Below the pieces are notes generated by a model, which was given only the letters and a program-made list of their open reading frames with translations, was not told where the DNA came from and did not search any database. Positions 1-13,600 of a stretch of 64,000 bases of DNA are shown here, one piece after another. A program made the translations under genes and the position numbers. The stretch comes from Hamiltosporidium tvaerminnensis FI-OER-3-3 (lineage: Eukaryota > Fungi > Microsporidia): the NCBI GenBank assembly GCA_022605425.2, contig CM061250.1, positions 62,001 through 126,000 on the forward strand, in the 5' to 3' direction. How positions within the stretch are numbered: the first letter of the stretch is position 1; each line of letters opens with the position of its first letter.

Positions 1-99
1 TATCAGTATATCATAAGTAGAAGGTATCCTTATCATATAAATTTACATTATATTTTTTATAAATTCGTTTCAGTATATTTTTTCATACATGTTTTATTT

Positions 100-1750
100 G
101 TTTTGCATATAGTAGTATGAATATATGAAAAATATAATTCGAAAATGCATATGTTCTTGCTGATAATTAGAAGGAATATAGCTGAGACCAAGGAATAATT
201 TTTCCCATAGTTAAAAATAAAATCTAGTAATTTTTATTAGGTTTTCATATTGCTTGATTTTTTTTATTAGGCTTAATGAAGTTACATCTAGCAGTATTAA
301 TGATTTTTAATTTAAAAAATACTGTGTAAAAAAGAAAAACTCTAAAATTATTAAAAAAAGTAAGAATAATACGAATATTTGTTATAAAATTTGATTAAGT
401 TTATGCCTATCTTCATATCCTGTTTTTTTTGATTTTTTTCTTTCTATATTTGTATATGGTATATGAAACTAATTGAGAATTATCAAAAAATATTATGGCA
501 AAGTATATGTTCAAATAGTTTAAAACAACTAGAAATACAGGGAAATATCTCTTAAAGAAACAAATAATTGTGTTTTTAATAAAATTTTACAATCTTCCAA
601 GACATTATTTTATACATTTTTTTTGCTCTTTGTTAACCTATTTTGTATATAATGTGTAAGCCTTTCAAAATTTTTCATAAAAGATTTAAAAGATAACTGA
701 TTAAAAACCTGAAAATTCCTTTGAATATAACAAAATATTTTGTCATAAGTCAATAACTGTGTTTTAAATAAAATTTCTAGATGATTTTTATAATTTTCTG
801 TGATCATAAATTCTCTAATACGGTCGATATAGTTACATATAGTCGTATTGAAAATATGAATATTTGAAAAAAAAATTTAAAAAATCATATGCGTGAAAAT
901 CTGATAAATTATACAAAAATATCAATAATTATAAAATCTGGTTTTTTTCAAATTAGGTTTTTGCTAAACTTTACTACTCTTCGTTTTTGAACCTTATTAG
1001 ATATGTTTTGTATATACTATATGAAAAGATTGAAATAGAAAAAAAAATGAAATTAAGTAGTATACGAATTTTTTCTTATCAACTTATACAGATGTTACAA
1101 ATGGTTTTATATCAACCTATTAAATTTCTTTTAAATTTAAATTTTGTTTTTTATATGAATTTTATCTTTCTTTGACTGGTTTCGGGATATTGAGTGACAC
1201 TGTGATATTTATAAAAAATATATTCGAAAAAACCTACATTTTAATATCTATAAATTATAGAAGACATATCAGAGATGTCTAATTAATTGTATTTAACAGG
1301 GTGCAATCTTTTTTTCTGATCTTGCTTCGAAGTTTTTTGATATATTCTTTTTAATTTTCAGCATGTAATGTATATATTAAAAAACATATTAAGAATTATA
1401 GAAAAATTTATTAACAGATATAAGATTAACTCGTTAAAAATTCTTGCAAATTACTTTGATAAGTTCATATGAATAATGTTTGTTTTTTTAGGATATAATC
1501 TGGACGAATATTTCGAAATTTGCAATGCGTAAATGTTTAGTTTTAAGTAGAAGGTTTTAATATAGTGAAATGATCGATTCCAAAATCAAAAGAAGGCTTA
1601 TAAAATGTATATGTTTTAACAAAAAAATCGATCAAAAGAAACTGATTTTCATGATATGACACATTTCAATGTTATTATAATATTTCTGGTATTTAGGGTT
1701 TATTTTTGGCACCTGATTGGTTTTTATTAGTATCATATATTCGTATTAAA
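100..1750 (+). pseudogene. Degenerate probable LRR-like gene-family pseudogene
   Basis: Short + strand frames with LxxLxI-type spacing (YQKILWQSICSNSLKQLEIQGNIS at ~481-552), broken by many stops. Boundaries approximate. Confidence 0.3.
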
Positions 1751-3197
1751 GATTCCAACAATATAAAAAAATGTATATAGAAATGTATGAAGGTTAAGAT
1801 TTCATAGTTGCTCTAAAAATAACTAAAAAACTTTTAACACTCTATGTTTAAAGAAATTTAGAGATTTGATGCAAACTTCTTTGAAGTATTTTTCTGTTTA
1901 GTTATTAATTCCCCTATAAATTTTATCCCACATATTTATTTTTTTTACTTGTATATCTCTTAATGATATTTTTATTTTACCTAAATTATTTCTGTGTTTG
2001 TTATTTTATACAGTTATAATAATATTTAATCAGAGATAATGAGTTATGACACTTTTAATAAGTTATTATGTTACCTAAAATATATTTACTAAGTTATTTT
2101 TTCTTTTTTACGTTATTTCACATTGAAAAACTATATTGGAATTTAGAAAGTTGTTATATATATGTGTTGTTCAGTGATTTACCAGTTGTTTAAAACTATA
2201 TGGTTGGATTAACACTGTTTTTCTTCATTTTAATATTCAATAATTTCTTTTTTTTAAGATTAAAATTTTATTAATATATGTCTTTTATTTTAATTATTTT
2301 CCCAATTATATAGTCTATATTTACAAAAAAAACTTTTTTACTTTTTAGTTATGATGTTTTTAGTTTTTTTACAGGTTTTATTGAATATTGCAATTTCAAA
2401 CACATGATAAATGTGATATACATCTTATAAAATCATTTCAGATGGTTTATTTGATTCTATACACAAAAATTCTATTTAAAATTAGAAATTGTTATTTTTA
2501 ATAAATTAATATTACAATACTATGTAGTTTTAAAACTATATTCCTTAAATTTTATTCAGTAGAAAGTTGTTTATTTACATTTTTTTTATTTTTTATCTAT
2601 TCTTGTCAAGTAAGTCATAAAATTATTGTTGATTGAAAAGTATTACATTAATAGTTTTTTGTAATATTTTTTACATACGATACAAAATATTTATTTATTC
2701 TGTGGTTTTTAAGTTTAATCATTTTTTTCAAAGTATATATATAAGAGTTAAATCGTTAGTTTCGAAACATGGTTTATTTATCAATTCTGTTTTTTATTTA
2801 TTTATTTTAGTTTTATAAATGCTATTTGGTTTTAAGATTGAAATACACTATTTCAAGTTCCTTTTTAGGTTTAATTTGAAGTTTTTTGTATGTATTTATC
2901 TTTTATTTAAACCTTGGCTTCTAAATAAATAATTGTATTACATTTATTTTTAATAAACATTTTTCTTCTTTAGATTTTTTTAATTTAATATTGTATTTAT
3001 AATAATTTTACTTATTTTTACTAAATTTAGAATTTCTACTTATAGTTAATATGTTTTACGTTAAAATATTTTAATATACCGTTATCTATATTTTTAGATC
3101 ATTCTTTTGTTATTCATCTACTAAGTTAAGTGGTCACTTATGTAAGCAGTTTTTCTACTTATGAAAGAAGTCTAGTTATTTTAATCATAAAGTTATA

Positions 3198-3206
3198 GAA
3201 TAAAGT
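3198..3206. repeat. Left target-site duplication GAATAAAGT
   Basis: Identical 9-mer at 3803-3811; the flanking bases differ on both sides. Confidence 0.85.
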
Positions 3207-3802
3207 TAATAAAATTCTGGGTTAAAATATTTTTTACCATTTTTACATATTTTCTTCTACCTCTTTGACCACTTTTGTCTCTTCTTCCAAATCCGACTCT
3301 TCATTTATGTTATTGGTCGGTTCCTCTAAAGTGGTTCCTCCTTGTAAAATAAAGGGGGCTTTATATTTTGGTTTAAAATTTTTGGCACCATCTTCCTCTG
3401 TTTTCGCTTCTTTTAAAGGGGGTATTGGTTCCTCATGCATCTCTGATCTCATAATAACACCCATTGACGCTCTCTCCCAGCTCTCTTCGGCATTTAGTCC
3501 TGACTCAAGTCCTCTTCGTCGATCAAAGGAAATAGTTTCGACTGTCTTTTTAAGTACTATAGACTGAATGTATGCTTCTACATTCATGGGTATTTCTAGT
3601 CTTTTAAGATGAGATTTATGGTATTTTGTCACAATACCGTCCCAGGTCATCACATAAGGGATTATCTCAACACTACACTTATAAATAAGGCCCAACTCAT
3701 TGGCTAGCAGGTCATACTTCCTAAGTTTTTCAGTTTCAACTATTTGAAGTGAATCTTGGGAAGTGATTCCTACTTCAATGAGTGTTATCTTATTCTTCTT
3801 CT
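3207..3802 (-). mobile_element. 5'-truncated non-LTR retrotransposon, restriction-like endonuclease (RLE) type, R2/R4 group
   Basis: Open frame 3800->3243 reads KKNKITLIEVGITSQDSLQIVETEKLRKYDLLANELGLIYKCSVEIIPYVMTWDG, matching the RLE-domain pattern (hhhE..K..KY..L, then hhPhhh..G) of R2/R4-like elements. Flanked by the direct repeat GAATAAAGT at 3198-3206 and 3803-3811; the uninterrupted site is seen in the paralog at ~22645-22695. Confidence 0.9.
3243..3800 (-). CDS. C-terminal RLE-domain fragment plus acidic tail (185 aa, no true start codon)
   Basis: Stop-free over 185 codons. The track ORF 3243..3695 extends upstream in frame to the truncation point and ends EESDLEEETKVVKEVEENM-TAA. Confidence 0.8.
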   Translation of the reverse strand, partial: KKNKITLIEVGITSQDSLQIVETEKLRKYDLLANELGLIYKCSVEIIPYVMTWDGIVTKYHKSHLKRLEIPMNVEAYIQSIVLKKTVETISFDRRRGLESGLNAEESWERASMGVIMRSEMHEEPIPPLKEAKTEEDGAKNFKPKYKAPFILQGGTTLEEPTNNINEESDLEEETKVVKEVEENM

Positions 3803-3811
3803 GAATAAAGT
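3803..3811. repeat. Right target-site duplication GAATAAAGT
   Basis: Removing 3207-3811 restores AGTTATAGAATAAAGTAACATTTTATTTTCTAATAA, matching the paralog AGTTATAGAATAAAAAACCATTTTATTTTCTAATAA. Confidence 0.85.
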
Positions 3812-6199
3812 AACATTTTATTTTCTAATAAACTATAATTTTATTCCTATTTAATGAATTTTTAAAAATTTTATATTCATCTATCTCATAATTCATTATA
3901 TCTTGTCAGTATGTTACATTGGAATATATATTTAAGTATTTCCTCTTTTTATACGATTTTAAGGGGTTAACCTTAATAAGCTTATAAAATTTACCATAAT
4001 TGGAAGTTTTTGAGTGTACGGTATTTTATGTTTTTTTATGTTCACTTATTATATTCAGACTCTTAAAACCTTATCTCGATATCTAAAAACATGTTTTTGC
4101 AATATTGGTTATTATACCTTGTGTTCAGTCTAAATATGGGCGTATTAAATTTTGTGAAATTGTTCAGAAAAGCTCTCGGTATATCGTTAGAAACATCAAT
4201 CATATATGGTATTTATGCGTAACTTTAGATTTCTACATATTCTCAAATTACTTACCTTCCTTTAAATTGAGCAAAATGCCAGGCATTATTATAAATGTAT
4301 TGTTTATGTTACTTAAAAAAAAATAAATATATTTGAAAGAAAAATGTACATTTGAAAAGGTATTTTTATCATGTATAGAAGTTTTAATGGAATTTATCAG
4401 AAAATTAATACTTTTGTCTTTCTTGAAATAGATAATATTTTATAGATTTATAAAGAGATTAATTTATTATGTTTAATACAATCTATAAGCAGTTTTTTGA
4501 AGATTTCATTCGTCTCAATATATTCATATAAATATATATTTAATTTCGTAAAATATAGTCAGAGTAAACCAACTTAAATTGTCATAGTTATAAATGTATT
4601 AAATTGTTTTCAATTTTGTAAAGTCTTCTTATCAGAATTATATACTATCTTACTGCAAAGATCTAAAGAATTAAATTAAATAAATAGGATAGTATACTAA
4701 AATGTCTCGAACTGGTAACCTTGTTCTTATTATACTATTTCTATTCTAAAACCAGATTTCAATAACTGTTTTTAGATTAAGTAAATGATAATTTTAATGT
4801 GCTTAAATCATTTATCTATATAAAAGAAAATCGCTACAACTGATTTTTAATTAATGTAGAATCTGTATTTTTTTGGTTTTCTTAGATCTTTAACTTTTTT
4901 ATAAAGCAATGCGGATTAACAAAAAAAGTAATTCAATGAATAAAAAAACATATAGATAAAATTTTAATTTAGTATAAATATAGAATGAATCTTTAAAAGA
5001 TATATTTCAGTATAAACCAAATTGATAACTATTTTTTTAATATGTATTTTGCTAATTAGATATAAATATAATAAAAGTCTTTACATAATGAGGAACTACT
5101 ATACTAATTTGAATTAGGAGATATTGATAATATTTTGATATATAAATATAAGGAGATTGAATGAGAAGGTTAAAAAACCATTTTTTTAATGAAATCAGTC
5201 GTGTATTGTAATTCAACAAATAAAATTTCTATGATTTTGTTGGTTCGTTTAGAGATTATAATATCAAAATTACGATTTGTCTCCTTAAATACAAAAGAAA
5301 GACAATTGAATGTTAAAAATTACTAAAAACTATAATGAATGTTGGAGGCTAAATGTTGTGGCATCTTTTAAAAGTTATTTATGAATATGTTAGCATGAAA
5401 CTGAATATTTCATTTATTTTGAAGGATTGAACTTAATGTAGAAGCCATATAAACATATGCCACAATCAACTGATATATTTTATTAGAATATTTAAAGGTT
5501 AATTTTTATTTCTTACAGTTTCTAAGCTGATTTGGATTATAAAATAGGCATATGTAAGGTTATTTACATGTGTTACTAGTATGATTCAAAGGGTGCTATC
5601 AAAAAAATCATCGAGCTTCTTTAAAGTCGGATTTAACTAAACAAGTGAATGAATTTACCTAAAATATATTGCTAGATAACCCAAAATATAATTAACTTTA
5701 ATTACAACTACAATAAGCCCAAAGCAAAGAGCCCAATTATAGAAGCAACTGCTAATTTGAAAGGACTCGGTATGAAGATGTATACATAAAGAAAATTATG
5801 AAATAATTTGGTGAAATTAAGACGAAAAAGTTTAAAAACTAATAAATTTTATTTATTTTAATCAAATATGTTATTCTTGTCATTTATCTTGACCTGCTCT
5901 CTGTTAACGTAAAAAAACACATTTTTTATTTGTGATATATGAGTTAGATGTAGGCTCTAGGATTAAGTTGTTTTATTTTTAAATAAATATTTTTTCTAAC
6001 CTAATTTCATAAAAATTGCAATAATTTGTGATTTCGTTTCTTTCGAACAAAAAAGAAATTCGAAATCTACTAAACACTAGAAACTGTACCTTTACAAAAT
6101 CTTTATTACCAATATCAAACATTTTCTTACAAAACCTCTTAATTTCATTTTAATGTGACTATAAAATAAAAAACCTTTTTAACCAAATTTTTTTATGAT

Positions 6200-9100
6200 T
6201 TAGAACGATGTGTAGGGTTTTTAAAGAAGGTTCAAGCATGAAATTTATCACAAATTTCTAATACTTCATATGAAAAATATATCCTAATATTATGAGTTTT
6301 TTCTCGGCGTTGCTGTCTCTTATATTTCCTCATTAAAAGATTCTCGAAGAATGTTTTAAAAGAAAGCAAATTGCAATTATTTTTTATTTCAAAGATATCT
6401 TACTTTCATACCTATTTAGTATGATGTATATCCAGAAAATAAGAAAACTGCAAAATAGTTAAAAGAAGAATCCAAATTTGTACAAAATCTTTAACTACGG
6501 CTTAACTTGTGAAATAAAAACCTTCAGATTCATTGTATATAATTTTTTTTCTTAAATTTTCATTTTTTTTTCTTCGTATTTTAAAATCGTTAGAATTTTT
6601 ATTAAATGGTTTTTAAAAGTACGTGCAAAGATTAAATCGAATATGTTTCAAATTAAATGTTTTCTTGTTTTAAATAGAATATTTCAAGTTTCATTTACCT
6701 TTAATTTAATTTTTTGGCATTTTTGTATTTCTTTGTAGCATTTATATATTTAATATATAATTTTTATTTTGTAATTGCTAACTTTACTTTATATAAGCAT
6801 TAATAAGACGAAATTATTTTGGGTTTAATGTTTAAAAATCGCATCTTTCGTAGACAAATATAACTTAACACATTTTCATCAAATTTCAAAGAAAAACAAA
6901 TAGATAGAACACGTTGGTATAATATCATAATTATCCGATAAAAATGTTAATCTAATCTTACGTTTCACAAGCTATAAGATGTACCTTTATTTTGTAAGGT
7001 CAAATGGCTACAGCCTTAAGTCTTATAACAATAGAAGGTTAGTCGGGAAACGTTAACTTAAAGATAAATTATATTTTTTTTTCTGATGTGGAGACTAAGT
7101 CAAAACAAATACGAATAAGAACTAAAAAAATAAAAGGCTAAGAAGGAAATTAATTGAAACTTGGACTTTTATTATATTTTTATAAATTGGAGACAATATT
7201 TTTTTAAATACACCTCTAAATTATCGAGCTATGAAATATAAATGAGAAGCCTTTTAAAAATACCGAATTTTAATCTTAAAGAAAAGTAGGATTAACGTAT
7301 AAATTCATAGCACAAACAAGAAAACCATAAAAAAAATAAAATAGAAGAATTATTTTTTATTTAAATAGATTGCGATTTTATTAAGCTTAAAGAAAGTATG
7401 AAATATCTTTACAAAATTAAAAAGATTCTTTGCCAGTCATCAATCTGTATATTCATTTTCATACTGCTTAAACAGTTATTTCTACGTTCTATATAAATAA
7501 TTTCTTTAGATGAGTGATAAATTATTTGTTCAATAAGAACACATTGCATGAATTCTTTATATATTTCTTAAATTTTGTCTAAATTGAATTTTAATATACA
7601 TTCCTTATGAAATTTTGAAAAATAAGTTGTCATGCAAAACCTTACAACCATTTTAATCTTTAGTCTATAGAACAAACCTTTACAGATATTTTTGAAGTTT
7701 GATTCTGTTGCAATCATATCAATCATCAAGTATTTTTTACTACTTTTCATTTTAAAATTCAAATTAGAAAATCATGGAAATAATTTGATTCACTCTGCTC
7801 TTTTGTTACAAAATAGCAAAACTCGAAATTTCTCATAAAAAACACTTTGAAATTATCAAAAGAAAAATGATTTTGAAACATTGATTAGATCATGATGTAT
7901 ATAAATAAAACCCATTAGACATCAATCAGCTTAACTACATATTCTTCCTTTTTCCTTGGATCAGTTCCTTTCACAAGCCAAAAAGTTTTAATTCAACACA
8001 ATTTGAACTCGTTTTAGGATTAGATATATTTGCAGAAGGGATTGTATAAATAATATAAGTGTCAATGAGGTAATTCTATTTATCTGATTATATTATTTCC
8101 AGGGATTTAAAACTTGAAATTTACATTTTAAATCTATTTCCATTGTAAATATATCAACCAAGAATATTTTTAAGTGTATTTAAAACTGATAAAGCATCTT
8201 ATTGCATGAATAAACTAAATAATATTGCATTATCCCTGATTCACATGCTACTCACTTATTCTACTGCTTTCCATTTTCTGGTCATATTGTTTGATTCATT
8301 CCTTTGTAGTAACAAATATTTGGATATCGAAACCGTTAGGGTAAAACTCTGTAAAAAATAAATAGAAAAAATTTTAAAAAGCCATTTCGAAATAGAGAAT
8401 AATCTCAATACAAAATAAAAATGAAATTTTATTCTATTAAGAAATCTTTTACAATTAATTTCTGGCTTAATATATTGCCTATACTATTTAAGACCTTTTT
8501 AGGAATATAATTTGATAATAGGTATTTCAATAAATATTAAATTAAATATTTTTGAATTTTAATTCTAAAATTTAAAAAGGTATCATCTTTTAGAAACGAC
8601 TTCTATACTTTAAGCATTTCAAAATCAAAAAAAAATCGAATTATTATCTGTATATATTATTTTAAAATGTGCAATTTGTTCTAAAATTAATAACGAATTT
8701 TAACTTTATAATAAAATCATTTCAATGAATCTGTGGTATGAAATACGTTATAAGAATTTAAATTATATATCTCAGTCGTAAAGAAGAATTTTAAGTTCGT
8801 TTGTAATTTCTTTAAATTAATAAATTTTTCATAAATATTTCTAAAAAAAAATTTAAAATTTTAAAGAATAAATCTTACAAATATTAGAATTTTATTTTTT
8901 GAATTTGCAAACGAATAAAAATTATATGTTTGGAATCTTTTGATTTCAAAAAATAATTTCGAATAGGAGACATACTTTCTATATGAGAAATTTAGATTTT
9001 GGTTTCCGCTCTTGTAACAGTCATATAAGATTCTTTGTAATTCAAAAACGTTTTAAAAATATTTTAAGGGTATAAAAATAACAGGTTATCGATTCATTGT

Positions 9101-10150
9101 ATTGATTTTGGACATATAATCATGAATAGTACTTATATTGTTTTTAAGAGCTATGATTTATTGATTCTGATTGTATAATTTGTTTCAGTAGAGCAAATAA
9201 TAAAATTATGAATACAAAATATTTTTAAGAGTTACATTCATAAAACCATGCAATCCTAAAAAATGTAAAATTTAATGAGAAAGGGTCTTCTTTGTCTCTT
9301 TTCTAATAATATAGATATCAATACATGATGATGCCAAGCCATATGTTTAGAGGCAAAGCCATTTGTATAAAGATAAATTAGTGATGCTGCAGAGTAATTT
9401 TAATTTCAATTGTCATATTTACGAAATATCTGTCAAATTTAAATATTTAGGCGTACCAGTAATATGAAGATTCAAATATTATTCATTTTCTTATAATCTG
9501 CTTAAAAGTATGGTTCTGGTTCAATCATCGAGAAAAATGTGTCCAGAGATTGTTTAGTTGCCGAAAAATAATCATTCAGAAACTCCTTGGTTACAAAATT
9601 TAGAGTCATTATAGATTTTATATTTGGTTATATCATATAATATTTGCTCTTATATTTTCAAATAAACCCATGTATGTATTCGCAACTAACACTATATTAT
9701 TGTTTTAAACCTGCTTTAAGAAGAATCTATTAAATTATAAAAATAATTCAGGCGAAAAATTTTGGTGACAAAGAAGTTATTTTAAATGTCTTGGAATTAT
9801 TTTTACTTTTATTAGCCTAAAGCATGGGTTATTGGTTGATTTTCGTTCCAAACATATATAAAACCCAAAGAATTGTTTTCTTGGCTTTAAATGATTTCGG
9901 CTTTAATAAAAATTATGTGAAAATATATTTATTAAATTAAAAATCTATATCACCATATTCCAAAAACAAAGTAATATCTTATGAATGAAAATAAATTTGC
10001 GTTTTAAAATATGTTTTGAGAATAATTAGAAAGAAATAAAATAGATTTTATTAAAAAATATATTTGAAACATTACTATGATGATAAAATAAAAATGTTTG
10101 AAACAACACTTTATTGTATTTCTATTTTAAGATGTCATGTTAACACACCA
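6200..10150 (-). pseudogene. Family B degenerate gene, probably LRR-like
   Basis: Anchor GGGTAAAACTCTGTAAAAA (~8339; minus frame FYLFFTEFYPNGFD) recurs at ~54871 (GGGTTAAAACTCTGTAAAAA), ~19606 (CFHLFLQTFYPYCFE) and weakly at ~13121 (YFNPYEF). Many stops; boundaries approximate. Confidence 0.45.
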
Positions 10151-10299
10151 TTGTAGCTTTGAAATGGCAATGCTGAAACCAGACTCTTTTACATTTTTTA
10201 TTGCTTCTGAAAATAGCATATTGAATCAAACCAAGGGAATAGTATTTTTTATAAAAATATTTGCTATAGCTTTTGAAATATTAAGGAAAGATATATAGA

Positions 10300-13200
10300 A
10301 AGATACAGAGTTCTCTCGTTAGAATATAAGAATTCTAAGATTTAATACGGTTGGTTTAAAAAATTTTAAATCGTTAGAATTATGAAATTTGCTTCTACAG
10401 TAGATCTATGAATCTATTTCTTTTTTAAATTTTCGAAATATTTAGTTCGTTTACACATAAATTCCTGAATGTAATATATGATGATTTAATTTTGAAGTAA
10501 ATAAAAAAGAGGAGTATAAAATTAAAAAACTAGATTTTAAAAAATTAGTTCTACAATTTTTTTCTTTTTTGAATTTCAATATTCTTTAAAAATCAAAAAA
10601 AATATACTCTTAGCATTCCTATAATTGTAAAAGTCTAAAACCTTAAGGTTAATAAGCCCAATTTATTTAAAATCTTTGGAAAAAATCGATAGGATTATTA
10701 CTAAAAAATAATTTATTTATTTATATTAATCAGGTAAAATTGAAAAAAAGACTTTTAGTGATCTATAGAAAGATTTCTTAGGTTTGAACGAAATGCTTGA
10801 AAATTTTTTATTAAAAACAGATATTCTTTTATTTGTAATTTTCTATATGGTGTTAATCAACCTTATTCAAAATATTGCCTAATTAATTTAGAATACGGCT
10901 TTTAATCACTTGCTCACTTTTTCTGAAAGGAAATAAAACATATTAGACATTACTGTTAATATTATCTCTTTTAAGCATAAAGTGGTTTGTTTTTGTTGAA
11001 AAATCCATTTTTTGCAAGTTTTAATGAACTACTTAATTCTAAATGGATAAGTTTTTATATAAGAAAAAATTTTCCTTTTCCAACTAAATTATTAATAAGC
11101 ATTCGAAAAAATAATAGAAATCTGGTACTCTTTTTTCTCAGAATTTTAGATTCTATCGAAGTAAAGGGACATGACCTTAAGTCTGTATCTTATATTATTT
11201 GATTTCAAATTTGGCTTTTTTATGATAAATGCTCTCTTGATTCTAGAAATATAAAAAAAATTTGTCTAGTCTTGCAAACTCCGGTGAAAAATCACAATCA
11301 AGACATTATTTTTAATGTCTCGCATCTGGTTAAATTTAGAACGAATTATAATAATAGTATTTTTGGAATAAAATAAATTAGAAAATTATTTTTAAAAAAT
11401 TTCTAAGTGTTACAAAGTAGTTGGTTTAATATTGAAACGGCTAGAATGAGCAGAAGGTAATACAGAAAAGATCGGGGAAATCGAACTTAGTCATGAGCAG
11501 TATAACTGTTTAGATATCTTCATCTAAAATATAATATCCGATAAATTTAGGAGTTATTATTTCTTGGCGATTATATGGCAATATAAGGATTCCATTCTTA
11601 TATAACGATTGTTATTGTACCTAAATTTTCATCATAACCTAAATACTAAGCATGTAATAATTTCAATCTCATTATTCGTTGTAAATTTACAGTAAAAACA
11701 TAATGTTGAAAATTTAGTTATTATTTCTACGAAAAAAAAATGATTTTCAGGGTATTTCCGTGCAATCCAGCATATATGCAACTCTAACCTAGTTTTTACT
11801 ATTTTCTGGTTGTGCTGCTTTATTTTTTCCTCGGGCACTACTGTCAATTTAACTCCTTCTAAAATTAAAACTTTGTAATCTAAGAATGAATATAAAATAT
11901 ATCGAATTTCTTTATATCATAATTTGGTATATTACGCTCAAATCAATAATGTTTTTAACATGAAATGTTTCAACATACATACATCTGAATTAGATCCGAA
12001 TCTAATATTAGTATTGCGACCCTATCTGTTTAAGAGCCACGTGTGATTTGTGTGATGTTTTTTTTCTAATAAATGTCTTACTGGTTGTACATATATTTTA
12101 GAACATATTACACCTAACACTTAAAGGTTTTTTGATAAATACTTTCGCAAAGAACTCTTACTAAATTTCTGAGCATTATTTACTCTCGTAAATTTTACAT
12201 TCCTTAGAATTACTTTGCAAAAATCTATTGCGTAGAAATGAAAACATTGGATTATATTTATATTTTCACTTTTTATTATTTTTTGTGGTACCTTAATGGT
12301 GTTTGGACTCATACACTTAAATCTTCTCTTCTTTTATAAATTTTTTTTTAAAAGTAAAAATTCTATCTTGTTCGAACTCATTTTACGAATTAAATAAAGT
12401 ATATTTATAAATTGAATTTGATTTTAATTATTTCTTAGTTTATAGCAAATTTTTTGTGTTTTGTACTGATTGAAAAAACTGAAATATTATTCTTTAATGT
12501 ACGTTTAATAAACGAAAGATGTTTAAATTCGCATTGTAGAGTTTTTTTATCTATTAAATATTTTATTTAATTTCTTTCTGATCTATCCAAAATATTTTGA
12601 CTTGTAATTTAATATTTGATATTCGTCAATATTTTGGCTTTAAAAGCTAGGAGGCCCTTTTTAGCATTTTATTAGAGTTATCATAAATTTTCTTCCATAA
12701 ACATGTAAAGAGAAGTCAGCCATGATTTATTCTGGTTTCTTTTATATACTATATACTCCAAGAATATGGCTTTTTATTTATTTCATTTATATGACCAGAA
12801 TTCTATATTTTTAATCTAAATAAACTAATAGATCCCTTTATAGTACATTAAATTATAGGAATTACTATTATATAACAAATATATTTTATAAAGACCATCA
12901 TATATTTGGCGTATTCTGTAAGACTATAAATAATTTGATAAAAGTAATATTGGAATCTTAGTTGAGAAATCTAGCCATAGTAAGAATCATAGGGTTTGCA
13001 ATAATAAAAAAAAATGTTTAATTTTATTCGTTATGATTCGCAACTAAATAAACTCAGATCATTCTTGTTATAAATGTTACTTTTCAAGCAAATAAAATTT
13101 ACAGCTGTTAAAATTCATACGGGTTAAAATATTTTCTATTAAAATAGACTCTACTATAGAAATTTTCTTTAAGTTTAAAATTTATATATTATATTCTTAT

Positions 13201-13600
13201 AATAAATTTTTAAGCATTTTATTAAAATGAATTCATTTTCTTAAATCTTACTTTAAAATATAAAGCTATCTAAACTAAAAATTTTGTTAATTATTTTAAA
13301 TCATTTATCATTCTTTTCTTTGAACAAATCTTTACTAAAGTTTAATAAATATTACAAGAGACAGAACAATCGTGAAGAAATACGTTAAAAACAAGAACGA
13401 TAATATAGAATCATAATATGTTTTAGAAATTAAATATGAAGAATTTTCGTACTCATTTTGCTTAATAGTTTAAGTTAACCAAGAAAATATAAATGTAAAA
13501 TATTATTCACTTGGAAATAATAGCAAAAAAGATATAGAATGGTATATAAATATTCTTTAATTTATTTTGAAGGCTTAATCTGTATTTTGATGCATGTTTT
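10300..13600 (-). pseudogene. Family B-like degenerate gene
   Basis: YFNPYEF anchor near 13121, LRR-like remnant CLDCDFSPEF near 11275-11305, and track ORFs 11632..11847 and 12121..12312 on the same strand. Confidence 0.35.

Larger units (their letters stand above)
2900..5960 (-). pseudogene. Family A copy 1 (unknown protein), interrupted by an RLE retrotransposon
   Basis: Colinear nucleotide similarity with 22.5-24.8, 47.07-49.3 and 58.96-61.3 kb (shared AAGCAGTTTTTCTA, AAAATTTACCATAATTGGAAGTTTTT, TAAAATTTCTATGAT, TATGTAAGGTTATTTACA). Minus-strand peptide remnants IPYMIDVSNDIPRAFLNNFTKFNTPIFRLNTRY, NHTSNTCK*PYIC and NPHCF show synonymous changes between copies. Confidence 0.75.

Noticed and set aside
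3265-3567. 100-aa + strand ORF
   Set aside because: Ser/Phe-rich antisense shadow of the RLE frame.
13108-13136. Similarity to the RLE element 3' end (AAAATATTTTAACCC..GAATTTTA on the minus strand)
   Set aside because: Short and AT-rich, no adjacent element sequence, and it coincides with the family B FNPY anchor.
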